DNA of 47,870 nt from Conidiobolus incongruus B7586 (taxonomy: Eukaryota): the NCBI GenBank assembly GCA_000697335.1, contig JNEM01009166.1, forward strand, positions 1 to 47,870, given 5' to 3'. Position 1 is the stretch's first letter; every line of letters starts with the position of its first letter. The notes beneath the pieces are model-generated. The model searched no databases and was not told where the DNA came from. It saw only the letters and a program-made list of their open reading frames with translations. Made by a program: the position numbers and the translations under genes. Shown one piece after another: positions 35,778-47,870 of the stretch.

Positions 35778-38153
35778 ATGAGTGTCCAAGAAATGTTCAA
35801 CTCCCACCAAATGAATAGTTCTTCCGAAGAAGAGTTAGTTATTAAACCAAAACATACTACAAAAACTACTGATCAAACTAGCAATGCTCAGCTCGACGCA
35901 TTTCACAATATTTCTTCCATAGCTAGTACTCTTCCTAGAACAAATTCCTTCAAATACGAGAACCAAGTAGTCGAATTTCAAAAGCACACTGCTTTTCAAG
36001 AAACTATTAACTCAGGTAATTACTACACACTTTAATATTATAATAGAAAATATTTTACTTTCTACAAGAAATTATAAATTTTACAATTTCCAAAAATATT
36101 GATCGTTAATTGATGATAATGAAGGATCTTATATAATTAGCTATTCAATAAAAAATCCTAAGATTTTTAATATTATTATCATTATTCAAGTTGCTAATCA
36201 AGCTAATGTTTAGAAATTTCCAGAGTACTGGTTATTTACACTGGAGGTACCATCGGTATGAAGCCAAACGCTGATAATCATTATGAGCCCGTTTCAAATT
36301 ATTTAACTGAAAGTCTTGCTTCGATGGTTCGTTTTCATGATCCATATAATCCTCAATACTCTCCCAAAACTCTAGATTCTCTATCTAGAGTTGATTCTTC
36401 CAATCATTTATCCAGTTTATCTGAAAATATTCAGCACAACCCTCAGCTTCAGAATAGTACTCAACAAATATTATTGAATCAAACGAATTGGTTGATTACT
36501 CCACCTTCGCTATATGGTAAGAGAATTAAATATTCTATAAAGGAGTATGATCCTCTATTAGATTCTTGTAATATGGGTATGGATGACTGGGTTAAAATAG
36601 CAACTGATATTCAAGATAATTATAAATTGTACGATGCTTTTCTTGTGTTACATGGTACCGATACCATGGCGTACACGGCAAGTGCCTTGAGTTTTATGCT
36701 AGAGAATTTGGGTAAAACAGTTATTATCACAGGTTCTCAAGTTCCTCTATCCGAGGTGAGGAATGACGCAGTTGAAAACTTACTCGGTGCTTTAACCATT
36801 GCTGGTCACTTTGTTATTCCTGAAGTGTGTCTCTACTTTAATAATCGTCTCTATAGAGGTAATCGTTGTTCTAAAATTTCTGCTATGGACTTCCATGCTT
36901 TTGACTCTCCCAACTGCCGTCCTTTAGCAGAGACTGGTGTAAATATCGAAGTGAATTGGGGTGAAGTATTTTTCCCTAGAGATATCAGCTCTTTTACAGT
37001 CTCTAAGAAGATGAATAATAATGTAGCATCTTTAAGATTATTCCCAGGTATTACTGACGCTACTGTCAGAGCTTTTCTATCAACGAATGTGGAAGGTGTG
37101 GTATTAGAAACTTATGGTGCGGGTAACACTCCAGATCGTCCTGAGTTGATGAAAGCTTTAGCTGAAGCCAGTAATCGTGGTGTTGTAATCGTTAATTGTA
37201 CCCAGTGTAGAAAGGGATCTGTAAGCAGTTTATATGCAACTGCAAAGGGTTTGATCGAAGCGAATGTAGTACCTGGTGGTGATATGACTCCAGAATGTGC
37301 CTTAACTAAGTTAAGCTATCTTTTGGCTAAAGGATACACCCCTGAAAAGGTGCGTGAATTGATGCAAACGAATCTTCGTGGTGAGTTAACAGAACCCAAG
37401 AAAACTGTACCTGTTTTTCCAGACAAACCTCTCGATTCTACCGAATCCAGCTCTTGTCTCCATTATCTATTCCATTGTCTTCCCCAACCTTTATCCCTTT
37501 TCAAGATTGATGATTTATCCAAAATGCAAATCAACCAAATGTCAAGATCCCTTCTGCCTCTCATTTTATGTTCTGCGGCTAGTGCAGGAGATGTTGACAC
37601 AATCAAGCACTTAAATTTCGATCTGGGATCTCAGCTTCAATTCAATATTACTGATTATTCAGGAAACACACCATTGCACGTAGCTTGTGCGAATGGCGAA
37701 ATTGAAGTTGTCAAATACTTACTCCTCAATGGAGCTAGTGTTCACCTCCAAAACCAAAGGGGGCATACCCCCATCTTCGAGTCTATTATGGCAGGCCATC
37801 TGGATATTGTTCAATTACTAAGACAAGCAGGAGGTCATCTAAATTTATCAGAGATAAAATTTGCCACCCTACAATTTTTCAATTCTGCCAACACAGGCCA
37901 ACTCCAACAATTACAACTCTTCCTTGAAGGTGGTATCCCAGTAAACAGTCAAGGTGTATTTGGATCTACTGCACTTCACTTTGCAGTCGAAGGTCAACAA
38001 CTTCGAGTGATCAGTTTCCTTCTAACTGAACCTGACATTGATAGGAATTTAAAGAATAATTTTGATTTGACGCCTTTAGATTTAGCTAAAAGAAAATTAG
38101 AATTGGATCCAAATAATTATAACCTTCAAAAAATTGTTAAAATTTTACTATAA
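35778..38153 (+). CDS. Type I L-asparaginase with C-terminal ankyrin repeats (60-kDa lysophospholipase/ASPG type); intron 36016-36213
   Basis: VLVIYTGGTIGM and HGTDTMAYTASALSF catalytic motifs; TGSQVPL, DMTPECALTKLSYLL; ankyrin repeats GNTPLHVAC, GHTPIFE, GSTALHFA. Confidence 0.94.
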
Positions 38154-39599
38154 TTAGTAATATACAATTATGTTGATATAAAAAAATCAATGAAATTTTT
38201 TTATTTAAGTAAAATCAATTAATCGAATTTACTCATAAATTTTATTTTTTAGTAAAATGATTAAAGTTTACAATGATGTAATATTATATAAAATAAAATG
38301 TAAAAAGAAGATTGAAAGGGAAAATAAAAATGATAATTGAAGTTGAAATATTTTAGAAGTTTTTGGTAACCTGATATGTTTCACTGGTTAGAACTTCTCG
38401 CTTTATTCAAGATAATCAGTGTTAGATTCCCTTTATCGAAGATCTCTTCTAGCTTCAGTATATTTTTTTAATTTTAACTCCAATTGTTATTTTTTAACTA
38501 ACTATCAATATTATCTATATTAGGAATATTATTTATAATATGAATGTAGATGATAAAATTCTCACAAAAATTCAAAATTGGATTTTGAATTAGATAATAA
38601 AAATAAATCAAATATTAAATATATATATATAATGAAATTAATAAATTAATAATCTTCAATAATATTACTTTGTAATTTGAATACTGGAAATTGTTTGCAA
38701 TTGAAAAAAAATAAATAATTTAGTATATAATATATAATATATAGTATATAGTATATAAAAATGAATATATATTAAATAATAATGCTATTTTTTATTATTA
38801 ATTACTTTTTGTTACATTTTTAACAAACTTTTAATACTTGAAAAATAATTCTTTTTATTACAAACTAATTAAATTTTCTAATTTTTTTTCTTGTAAGCTA
38901 GTTATTTAATTACTTAAAACAATTATAATTACATAAGTTATAATTTAAAGAATATACTAAATATAATAGTTTTTTCTAGTTATTTTTAATTAAAAAGTTT
39001 TTTATAACTTTATGTATTTTATAATTATTATATAAAATAATAAGTGTTTTTAAATTATATTAAGAATACTAATTAAAAATAATCTTATTTAAGAAATATT
39101 ATAAAATTTATTGTTAATTAACTTTCTTTTAAAAATTAAATAAGAATAATATATACTATTATAATTTATTATAACAATTAATATATACTTACAAAATATT
39201 TATTTAAAGGAATTTATAAAAAAGATTAATTTAACTAAAAATTAACATTTTAATTTATGATTTAATAAAAGATTATATATATATAATTTAAATTTATTAA
39301 TTATAATAATTTACTATAAAAGTTTTAATTTTTACTTATACCTTAGTTTTATTTAACAATAGCTACTTTAATTTTTTTTAAACTTTAATTAAATTATAAG
39401 GTATTTATTTTGTATTTTTATTAATTAATTTAAGTTTAAATTTAAATATATATAAAATACTTGCAAAACTAATATTAGAATATTTAAAAAGTTCTTTAAC
39501 TAAAATAAAAAGATGTCTATTAATAGGTGAAAAAATAATAATAGAAATTAGTTTTTTGAGTTTTTATAAGTTGTAAATAATTTCTCTCTTAACTTTAAA

Positions 39600-42500
39600 T
39601 CTAAGGTAATAGATGGGATTAAATGTGTACATGAAGTTTATATAATGATTTGAATTCATTGAATTATTTTATAATTAGAAGGTTCTTTGTGCTGAAGAAT
39701 GTCAAAATTAATAAAATCTTCAAAATGAAATGAAGGGATTTGAAGTTAATTGACTCTCTGATAAGAGTTATAAATGCAAATTAGAATCAAATGAACCAAT
39801 TCTTGAAGTGTTATCAAATTTTCTATATTTCAAGATTGAAAATATATTTAATTTGGAGGACAAGTTTCTTGTATCAATTTTAAGTTTTTGGTGTATACAA
39901 ATCCAACACATTGTCAAGAAGTTAATTTGTCATTTCACTGATTTGCAACTCCCTTTGGATATACCACTATCCCCATATGCATTATACGAAATACCTGTTC
40001 AAGAATTACTCACTAAATTAGCTACGCAGCTGGCCAAAAGTTGTTTATTATTGGCTAATTATATAGTAGATCATATTAAGTCAAAAATTTTCACTTCTGA
40101 TCAAAATAACTAACAATGGTTGAAATTATTGCCGCCAAAAGACACTTATTACATTATCCAAGCGTGTATATTGACCTATATTCAGAGTCGATTACATCCT
40201 ATTAGTAACGTATTTTCAATATTGTATAAATTTGGAACTTACATTGAACTGTGTAATAAAATAAACTTTATATTAAATCATAATACTAATCAACTATAAA
40301 ATACCGAACAAAAACACTAATTCTATTTCAAAAATCTTTTGAACTTAGTAAAGCTCACAAGTCCAATTTAGCCCTTCTGATTATTTTATCCTTTGGTTTT
40401 CCTTGTGATAGGAATTAGTGGTCAAATAGTATCATAATTATTCCTTAGTTAATTTATTATTCAGTACAAAAATTATCATAAATTAATTGGGTTAAAGTTC
40501 ATTTTTACAGGATCATTCTCTCATTTTTGTGGATCAGAGTTTATCGACTATAAATTTAATGATTTGTGAAGGTTTCAAATTTTGTTAAGGAGCAATAAAG
40601 AAACAGAGTAACTATCTAATTATTTACTATTATTCATTTAGTAATAGCATAGTTTTTTGGGTCAAAATCAATGAAATTACTCAACTCACAATAACTTTAC
40701 AAGATAAAATTACCATCATTGATGGACCAATTACCATCGAAAGAGCCAACTTTAATATTTTCTAAAACTAGCACTGTGCTGTATCAATTGAGTAAAGTCA
40801 TTTGTCAATGGATTAAATTGTTGCATACGAAAAAAAGTGAATTAAAGAATAAGTTAGCTATATCGCCTACTAGAAATTTGGATCAAATTGTTCATCCCTA
40901 GAATATTTCCTCAATTAATTCCTTTGATTTGTTTATATGTATCTCTAATTAATGTATTTATGCATTTAGAGTGATATAGAACTCTATTTAGAAAGCAATT
41001 GGATCAGTTTATGAGCGTATTTTGTAAAAGAGTATCTTTATATTGTATTTTATCCATGTATTATCTCAATTATGTTCAAGTTGCATACATTATCACAGAT
41101 CCTACAAACCATCCTATAACTATCAGCTACATCCAATCTATTGGGATTGCACATTACAATTTCAAACAATTTGATCAAACTTCATCCTAGTTCAAACATT
41201 GAAATAGTAAAGAAATACTTCTAAATGAATTTATGCGACAAAGACTTTCAAAAGGCAAAATCATTATTCCATATCATAAGCTTCTACTTAACCAAAAGTC
41301 AAGCTAACTCATACGGCCTTGCATGAGCTAAAAACTACATCGACAACATTTTAACTAAATTCAACTCCAGTTTTGCTTACTCCGCATTCACCATCATTCT
41401 ACTATGCATTGGCGAAGACGATTTCACCATCGAACAAGTCTATAGCTTAGCAAAAATCATCATCAATTCAAAAAATTCAATCACTCATACCTTAAATCCA
41501 GATTAGAATAGGATTTAAATTCAAATTCACATCACAGCCCACTTATCCTAATAATTTTCTAAAGAAAGATTCAACCCACGCTCAATTTATGTCCTTATAT
41601 ACAAGATATCAAATAACATCACAATTGACCAAACAACTGGATGAATTAATCAAAGCTAGGAAGTTTCAATTAAAGAAATCTCATATGTATTTGGATATGA
41701 TACTTCAAGTGAAATTTTCTCAAATACATAATTTCTGACAATTCAACTAAATTTATTAATAATTTTGAAGGGAGATGGTTTGTTGAATATGAATTCGACG
41801 CATTTATTAACAAGTGTTGGTGAGTTAATTAATTTAATAGTATTGTTAATTAAAACTATTCATTCAAGTATTAATTAATTTATTAGTATTATTCATATTA
41901 CCACTATCACAATCCTAGTATCATTATTGAAGTATAAAATGATTGCTTTGATATATCTATTGGGACTAGTGGATCACAAAATTAGCTTTCAATACATAAA
42001 ACTTCTATTGAATGTACTCAATTTATCTAAAACTCTACCCAATTATCATGATAACAAGCTTTAAACTAGCCCCAAAGACTTTTACTTAATGAAATAGCTT
42101 AAATCTCAAGTACCGAACTAATCAAATTAATCATTAGGTCGTTAAATTTGGGACCTTATTACCTCTATCTAATCCAACCCATCTACAGTCTACTCAATTT
42201 AATCACACAACCCAACTTCAATATTCTATATTAGCTCAGTTTTAAATTATTTTTAAATATATCTTCAACCTTCCTCATTAAAGAATACCTCTCTATTTGT
42301 ACAAATATTGATGAAATGCAGAGATAATATTCGTGATAAACAAGATACGGATTTAGAATTAATTACTTGGTATTGATTGAATTTTGTACAATGATTATAA
42401 TATGAGAGATATGGGAAATCAATGGTGAATATTAATTCTTGTTTGTTATTCAAAATAATATTAACTCATTCATAATAGTCAAATTGTACTTCAATACCTC

Positions 42501-45500
42501 AAACAGCTCATCAAATCCCATTCCAATGTCACCAAACTGGGGTCCATTCCCATGACTTAACATATCTATTTAACATTCTCACATTATTTTTTAACCAAAG
42601 CAAATATTAATTCTGGTTTAAAGTTAGCCTCAAGAGCGTCTTATGCGTCGTGACATTTGCAGAATATTTGATTGGGGCAGAGTACCAATATGTCGAGTGT
42701 TTATAGGAGCAATTGTTTTGATAAAGGCTTGTTCAACTTGTATTGGAATTTCCCAAATTTGGGTTATTTTGAGATAATATAATTTATATTATTTATTATT
42801 TACTTACGCATTTAATATAGTCAATAATTATAAGTTTTCAACTTGTAATTGAATCTTACAAAATCAGAGGCAGCTACCAACTTGCTCATATATATGTCCA
42901 CATGGAATTGACCTCTCTAAAACTACAAATTTCATCACAAATTAAATTTTTGAAATTTAATAATGATTCTAATTTTCATTTAATTACCGACTAAGAATGC
43001 CAATTAAATCAATTATTCACCCAATTTTCAAAAGTAATTCAATTATAATCTATCATAAATATATTATAATTAATATCTAGAATTCTTCCATTGACAACTT
43101 TCATCATATTTCCTCCATTTGGGAAATTCTGGTGAAATACTAGCTCGAAGTGTTTGAATTTATAGCTTCTCACTTCGGTTTTCATTTTATTTCAGATGGT
43201 TAACTCAATTAGATACCGCCTTAGATCTATCTGATATAAATATACACTGTGACGATATGACTGTTAATGTACCTTTTGATAAGATATTAGCACTTAACAG
43301 TAATGATGTATTATTAAGCTTAAACTAATACTAATATCATTTTAGATTCAAATGACATATTACCGTCTGGAAAATTTTCTACGATATCGAATTGGATGTG
43401 ATCAGATTTCGTTACTGGATTCATATACTCAAGTATAATATCTTCGATGAGGACATATTAAAACTAACTAACTTTCTGAAAAGAATTTTATAATTTAATT
43501 TTTGAGAAATCCAAACTAATTCAAGGAATTACAATTTTATAAAATTGTAGTATTTTTGGTCGTTTAATGAATTGTTGTAAGTTTTATACTTATTATTTTT
43601 ATTATTATTTATTTATTTAATTATATTTTAGTTTAGAATTTGCCTATCTCTTTAAAATATCTAGACTGTTTATTAATAGTCATGAAGACATTTTAATTGC
43701 ACTAATAACATCAGCTTTATAATTTAGATTAGCTTTTGACATACTTTCCATACTCATTCCACTAAGCTATTTTATATATAATATAAAAATCGTTAGAGAA
43801 ATATTTTTAAATATATCATAGTTGATGATGATTATAGGGTTTTCAAATCATCAAATCGATTTCTAGTCTCATATAATACTAAGTTCCTTTTACCTGTTCA
43901 AGAGTAAAGGTATAGCATTCTCTAGAAGTATATTAGATACTGTCATTAATCCCAATGACAGCTTGAGAGCTTTGTCCAAATAGCAAAATACTATTGAATT
44001 GAATACTCCTTCATCCTATTGTAAGTCGAGTCTACCCCAAAATCAAATCAACGATGCAATTAGCAACTATTATAACATAATACCACAAGAGCCCTAATCA
44101 TTCTGGGATAATATGCTCACACTGCTACCAAAACGATGGGCAATCCCTTCCATTGATCATATTTTCGAATATAACGGTCTCATTCTCACCCAAGTAAACA
44201 TTTTGGAGATATCAATTTGGCCAGAATAACATTGGTCTAACTTACATTAATCCCAAAGGACTATAAAGATTTTTCCAAGCCCATATCAGGCTCCCCTCAC
44301 ACTCATGCTTACAATAAACTCGACAATATTATCATTGGAAATGCCTAACTCTCCAAAGTTGGTATAAATTGCATCATCAGAGATAACATGACCAACTGGT
44401 TGAACAGTCGTAAACTGTTAGATGACTAATTGAAGGACTTACTACACATGATCGAGCAGCTATGGCTTAGTGTTTTTAAAAGTTTTTTATTGCTAAATTT
44501 CAATCATATCTCCAAAGTAGAATTAGATACATTATGCAATAATATTAATCGTCTTAGTCAAAGGTTTGAAGCATAAGTTGAGTTCAGATGTTGAATCTCA
44601 TTTCAAAATCGATGTAGACAGAGGCTTAATTCAAAGTTTTATAAGAATTAAATATGATTTAACCATTTCAGGTATTGAGGGTATGTTAAGTTTGCTTATA
44701 GATACTATTAAATTGGCCTTTCATAGTGCATTCGAGATTCTGGGAGATGATCATATTATAATAATAATGATACCTCACAACTTTTTCAAAATTCGATCAA
44801 CTCGGAATTCGACATGAGTCGTAAAATCGATCATGTGATATTAATAATCGACAATTATTTGCAGCCTTTCCTATGGGAGAGTTTACCCTATATTTTGAAA
44901 ATTCAATGCCGAGGATATTTTTGTTAGCTCTGCTAAAAGAACAACTGATCCTGCTCTAGAAATTAAACAGTCACATCTCTTCTCAAAGAGGGTTCCATAT
45001 GAATATGGGCTCTACATAGACCTCGTCCGCACTCAAAATTACTTTTGTGAAGGTTTAAAGGCTCCTGGTTGGTGTGGTGCAATTGGCAAAACTACAGACG
45101 AAGATACTCTTTAACTTTACTTAACTGCTTCTCTATATCTTTATTTTGGCCACGGAACGAGAGAGCAATGCCTAAAGTGGCTTGAGATACAGCGTATAAC
45201 GCCTGCGACCACTGCTATTCTATTCAACTGTTCATCAAGTCACGTTAAATTCTAAGGAGAATTTGAAGGATCAGTGGCCACTTGCCACTGTTTTCTTGCA
45301 TGCAGTTTTTGCAGTCCTTGCCAATTTGTGGGATGTGGCAAATATAAATATTGATAAATTGTTTCACAAGTTACTAGTATTGTGAGAGTTTGAAACTTTC
45401 AGAAAAATTACTATAATCGATGGCAACGACGTCATGAACGGTCACAATCTCGATGAAACTTTATCTCGGTCTTTGGCACTCTACAAATCACAGTCAGCTT

Positions 45501-45568
45501 TTGTTTAAAAACATCTAGTAGATGCTGTTCCTGTCGTGTATAGTTTGCTTGTTTACATTCAGAAATAA
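39600..45568 (+). pseudogene. ESP1: Decayed separase (peptidase C50, Esp1/Cut1) gene; 5' boundary approximate
   Basis: Manual translation gives, in separase order: LLPKRWAIPSI (~44140), W.NSRKLLDD*LKDLL..IEQLWLSVFKS (~44400-44485), HVILIIDNYLQPFLWESLP (~44830-44890), LYLYFGHG (His 45151), ILFNCSS (Cys 45229), GEFEG, VLANLWDV...IDK, AVPVVYSLLVY*. In-frame stops at 44427, 45112 and 45253 and a frameshift near 45310. Confidence 0.85.
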
Positions 45569-45696
45569 AAATTTCAATCCAATAAAATATATAAAATAAC
45601 TATATATTCAAATTTGGTAAATGTGAAAAATTTATTATTGAACATAAAAATCATGTGAATATAAACAGAATTTAGTTATAAAAGAATATAAAATTT

Positions 45697-46800
45697 TTAA
45701 TTTAAAATGTATTTGGTATACTGAGTAATCTCATTGGGGATGCTGGACATGAGCTGAGAGACATAATTGACATCAGCCATTAGGGAAAGGTCGTCGCCAC
45801 AATTGGATCGCTAAAGTAAAGAATAGTTAATATTTAACTAATATTAACAAGGTTGATTGACTTACTTGTTTTACATAAGAGTATTCGCAATGCTTGGACG
45901 AATACTCCTTAACGATATAGTTAGTTGAAAAATCATGATACAATCGAGTATCATTGATTTGAAATAATACATCATCTACGCGCAAAAAGTAGCGCTGGAG
46001 TACCAGAAAACAACTGGGCATAACCCTCTTTTATAAAAAATGAATTATATAGATAAATAATATAAAAGTGTATTAATTTACCACTTTCACACTAAGAATA
46101 GCCGAACCATTGTCACCTAATTCATCTTCAAAGAGGACGTTCTCGTTATAAAAGAGAATAGGATCAGGTTTTTTTAATTTATCAATATCAATCCTTTCCG
46201 TACAGTTTTCAACGATCTAATATAATAAATTTAAGTATTATTGATAAAAAAATCAATTATATAATATACTTGAATATTTTCAGAATTAAGACAAGTACCA
46301 GAATATGGAGTCCTATAAGTCCAATCGTAGGATTTACCTTTATACTTGATCTCTTCCCAATCGGAACTAAAAATGAGTTAGAATATGCAAAAGAAAATAT
46401 TTAAAAGAAATTACCGTTCTTTCGCCCATTCCTGAGCGTAAGACACTTTAAGATTGGCAGAGTTTGGTGAAGTATCCACCAGACTTAAAGCCTCAACAGT
46501 ATCAAATTGATACTTAAACTTTGTTGGTTTGTATTCAATAACCAACTTATTCCCACCAAAAATCATTTCTGGGACTGGAAATCCAAGTTTCTCTGTAATA
46601 CTAAGTTTTATTAAATAGAATAATGTTTAGCATAATGGAATTAGTTGTAAAATTTTATAAAATCACCTGTCTATTTCAGAGCTATTAGAAATAGGTAGTT
46701 TGGTCGATATTATTGACCAGTGATCGGAATGATATTGGTTTAAAGAATTGGAATTATTATATATGGTAGTAGCGTTAGTAGAAAATTGACTAGATGACAT
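45697..46800 (-). CDS. TIP41: TAP42-interacting protein Tip41/TIPRL, multi-exon
   Basis: LGFPVPEMIFG.N, YDWTY.TPY.G, DPILFY....LFEDELGDNG...LSVKV-RVMP.CF..L.RYFLRVD.VL..INDTRLY. Confidence 0.95.
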
Positions 46801-47870
46801 ATTATTCATTTTGGTATAATATAAATAAAACTTTATAATCAAATATATTTATTAAAAAAATTATTTTAATATTATATAATTTTATAATTTTGTTTTAATA
46901 TACTATTTTAATATATTGATTTTTTTTATTTTGAATTATATTTTTTTATCCTATAATCAATATTAATAAATCATTTAATTTGATTGTAATTTTTTTTATG
47001 GGATTAATTAATTTTTTTTATTTTGAATGGCCAAAAGACAGCATAACTAAAAATATATAACAAGAATCTCAAGATAAGAAAACAGGATTGGGTAAGATAA
47101 AATTAATTAACAAAATATATAATTTATTTTGTTATTTCTATAATTGAGATAATCTATTGAAGAGTTGAAAAGGTAAACAAAATGTTTTATGCAACTATTT
47201 TATATTCTTAAATTATACATCAGAAAAATAACTAAAAATAATAGCTTCAAAACAATAATGTATAATTTTCATTTATTCATCAAGTTTAAATATTATTACA
47301 TTTTTATTAAATGCTTAGAAATATAAAATGTTTTTTTAAAATTTAAAGGAACAATTGCAAGAATTCTAAGAGAGATTTAAATAGATCCTTTCCTAGATGT
47401 AAATTTTTAGTTTTTTTAAAGTTTAATATAGTCTATTCATATAGCAATGCATTCATTTAACTTTTCAATATTTTATCCTAAACTTTATCTATGTTTAGAG
47501 CAAAAAATCTAAAAATGAAATAAAGTTTAATACTGAATCTAATATATATAAATGTTCAAAAAATTACTTAAATTAACTGCCTTGAAATTATATTCAAACC
47601 AAAAATTAGAATATTGGAATTAATTATTTGGAGTTGAATTTACTTGCTGAATTTGTATATAGCTTTTGTTTTAAATTTCTTATTATAAAATAGTAATTAA
47701 TATTCAAATTATTTTGTTATTATTATTTTATTTAATACTTAGTTTAGAATTATAAATTTTAATTAATATTAATGATTTAAATATATATTTTGAATATTAA
47801 TTATTTTTATAATATTTTATATTAATATATAAATATAACGATATATAATTATATTTATAAACTAATAATT

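Noticed and set aside
39808..44817. Short ORFs at 39808, 40719, 40999, 42265 and 44566 as independent genes
   Set aside because: Better explained as residual open fragments (or antisense shadows) of the decayed separase gene.

Overview
Eukaryotic, very AT-rich genomic DNA with many short (~50-70 nt) GT-AG introns. The gene set and style point to an early-diverging fungus (Entomophthorales/Conidiobolus-like is my inference, not established). In order the window holds SEC13, RPB12, SPB1, tRNA-Ala(AGC), cysteinyl-tRNA synthetase, importin-beta1, the 9-1-1 clamp subunit RAD1, an orphan TM/coiled-coil gene, a RING-TRAF zinc finger-PA14-coiled-coil gene, PEX7, MRP49, MET30/SconB, GPI17/PIG-S, a 12-Cys secreted GPI-type protein, SDH5, an ankyrin-asparaginase and TIP41. 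Main points of interest: (1) an 11-exon TRAF-like RING E3 ligase carrying a PA14 carbohydrate-binding-type domain; (2) a ~6 kb decayed separase (ESP1) pseudogene, missed by the ORF track, whose readable lesions are mostly C>T/G>A; (3) a strand-oriented promoter motif TCCCATAA ~90-200 bp upstream of most housekeeping genes; (4) a 334-bp solo LTR with a 4-bp TSD, and a 234-bp insert with a 15-bp TSD that separates the SDH5 promoter motif from its ATG; (5) two convergent genes whose stop codons share one TTAA. Exon structures were read by eye.
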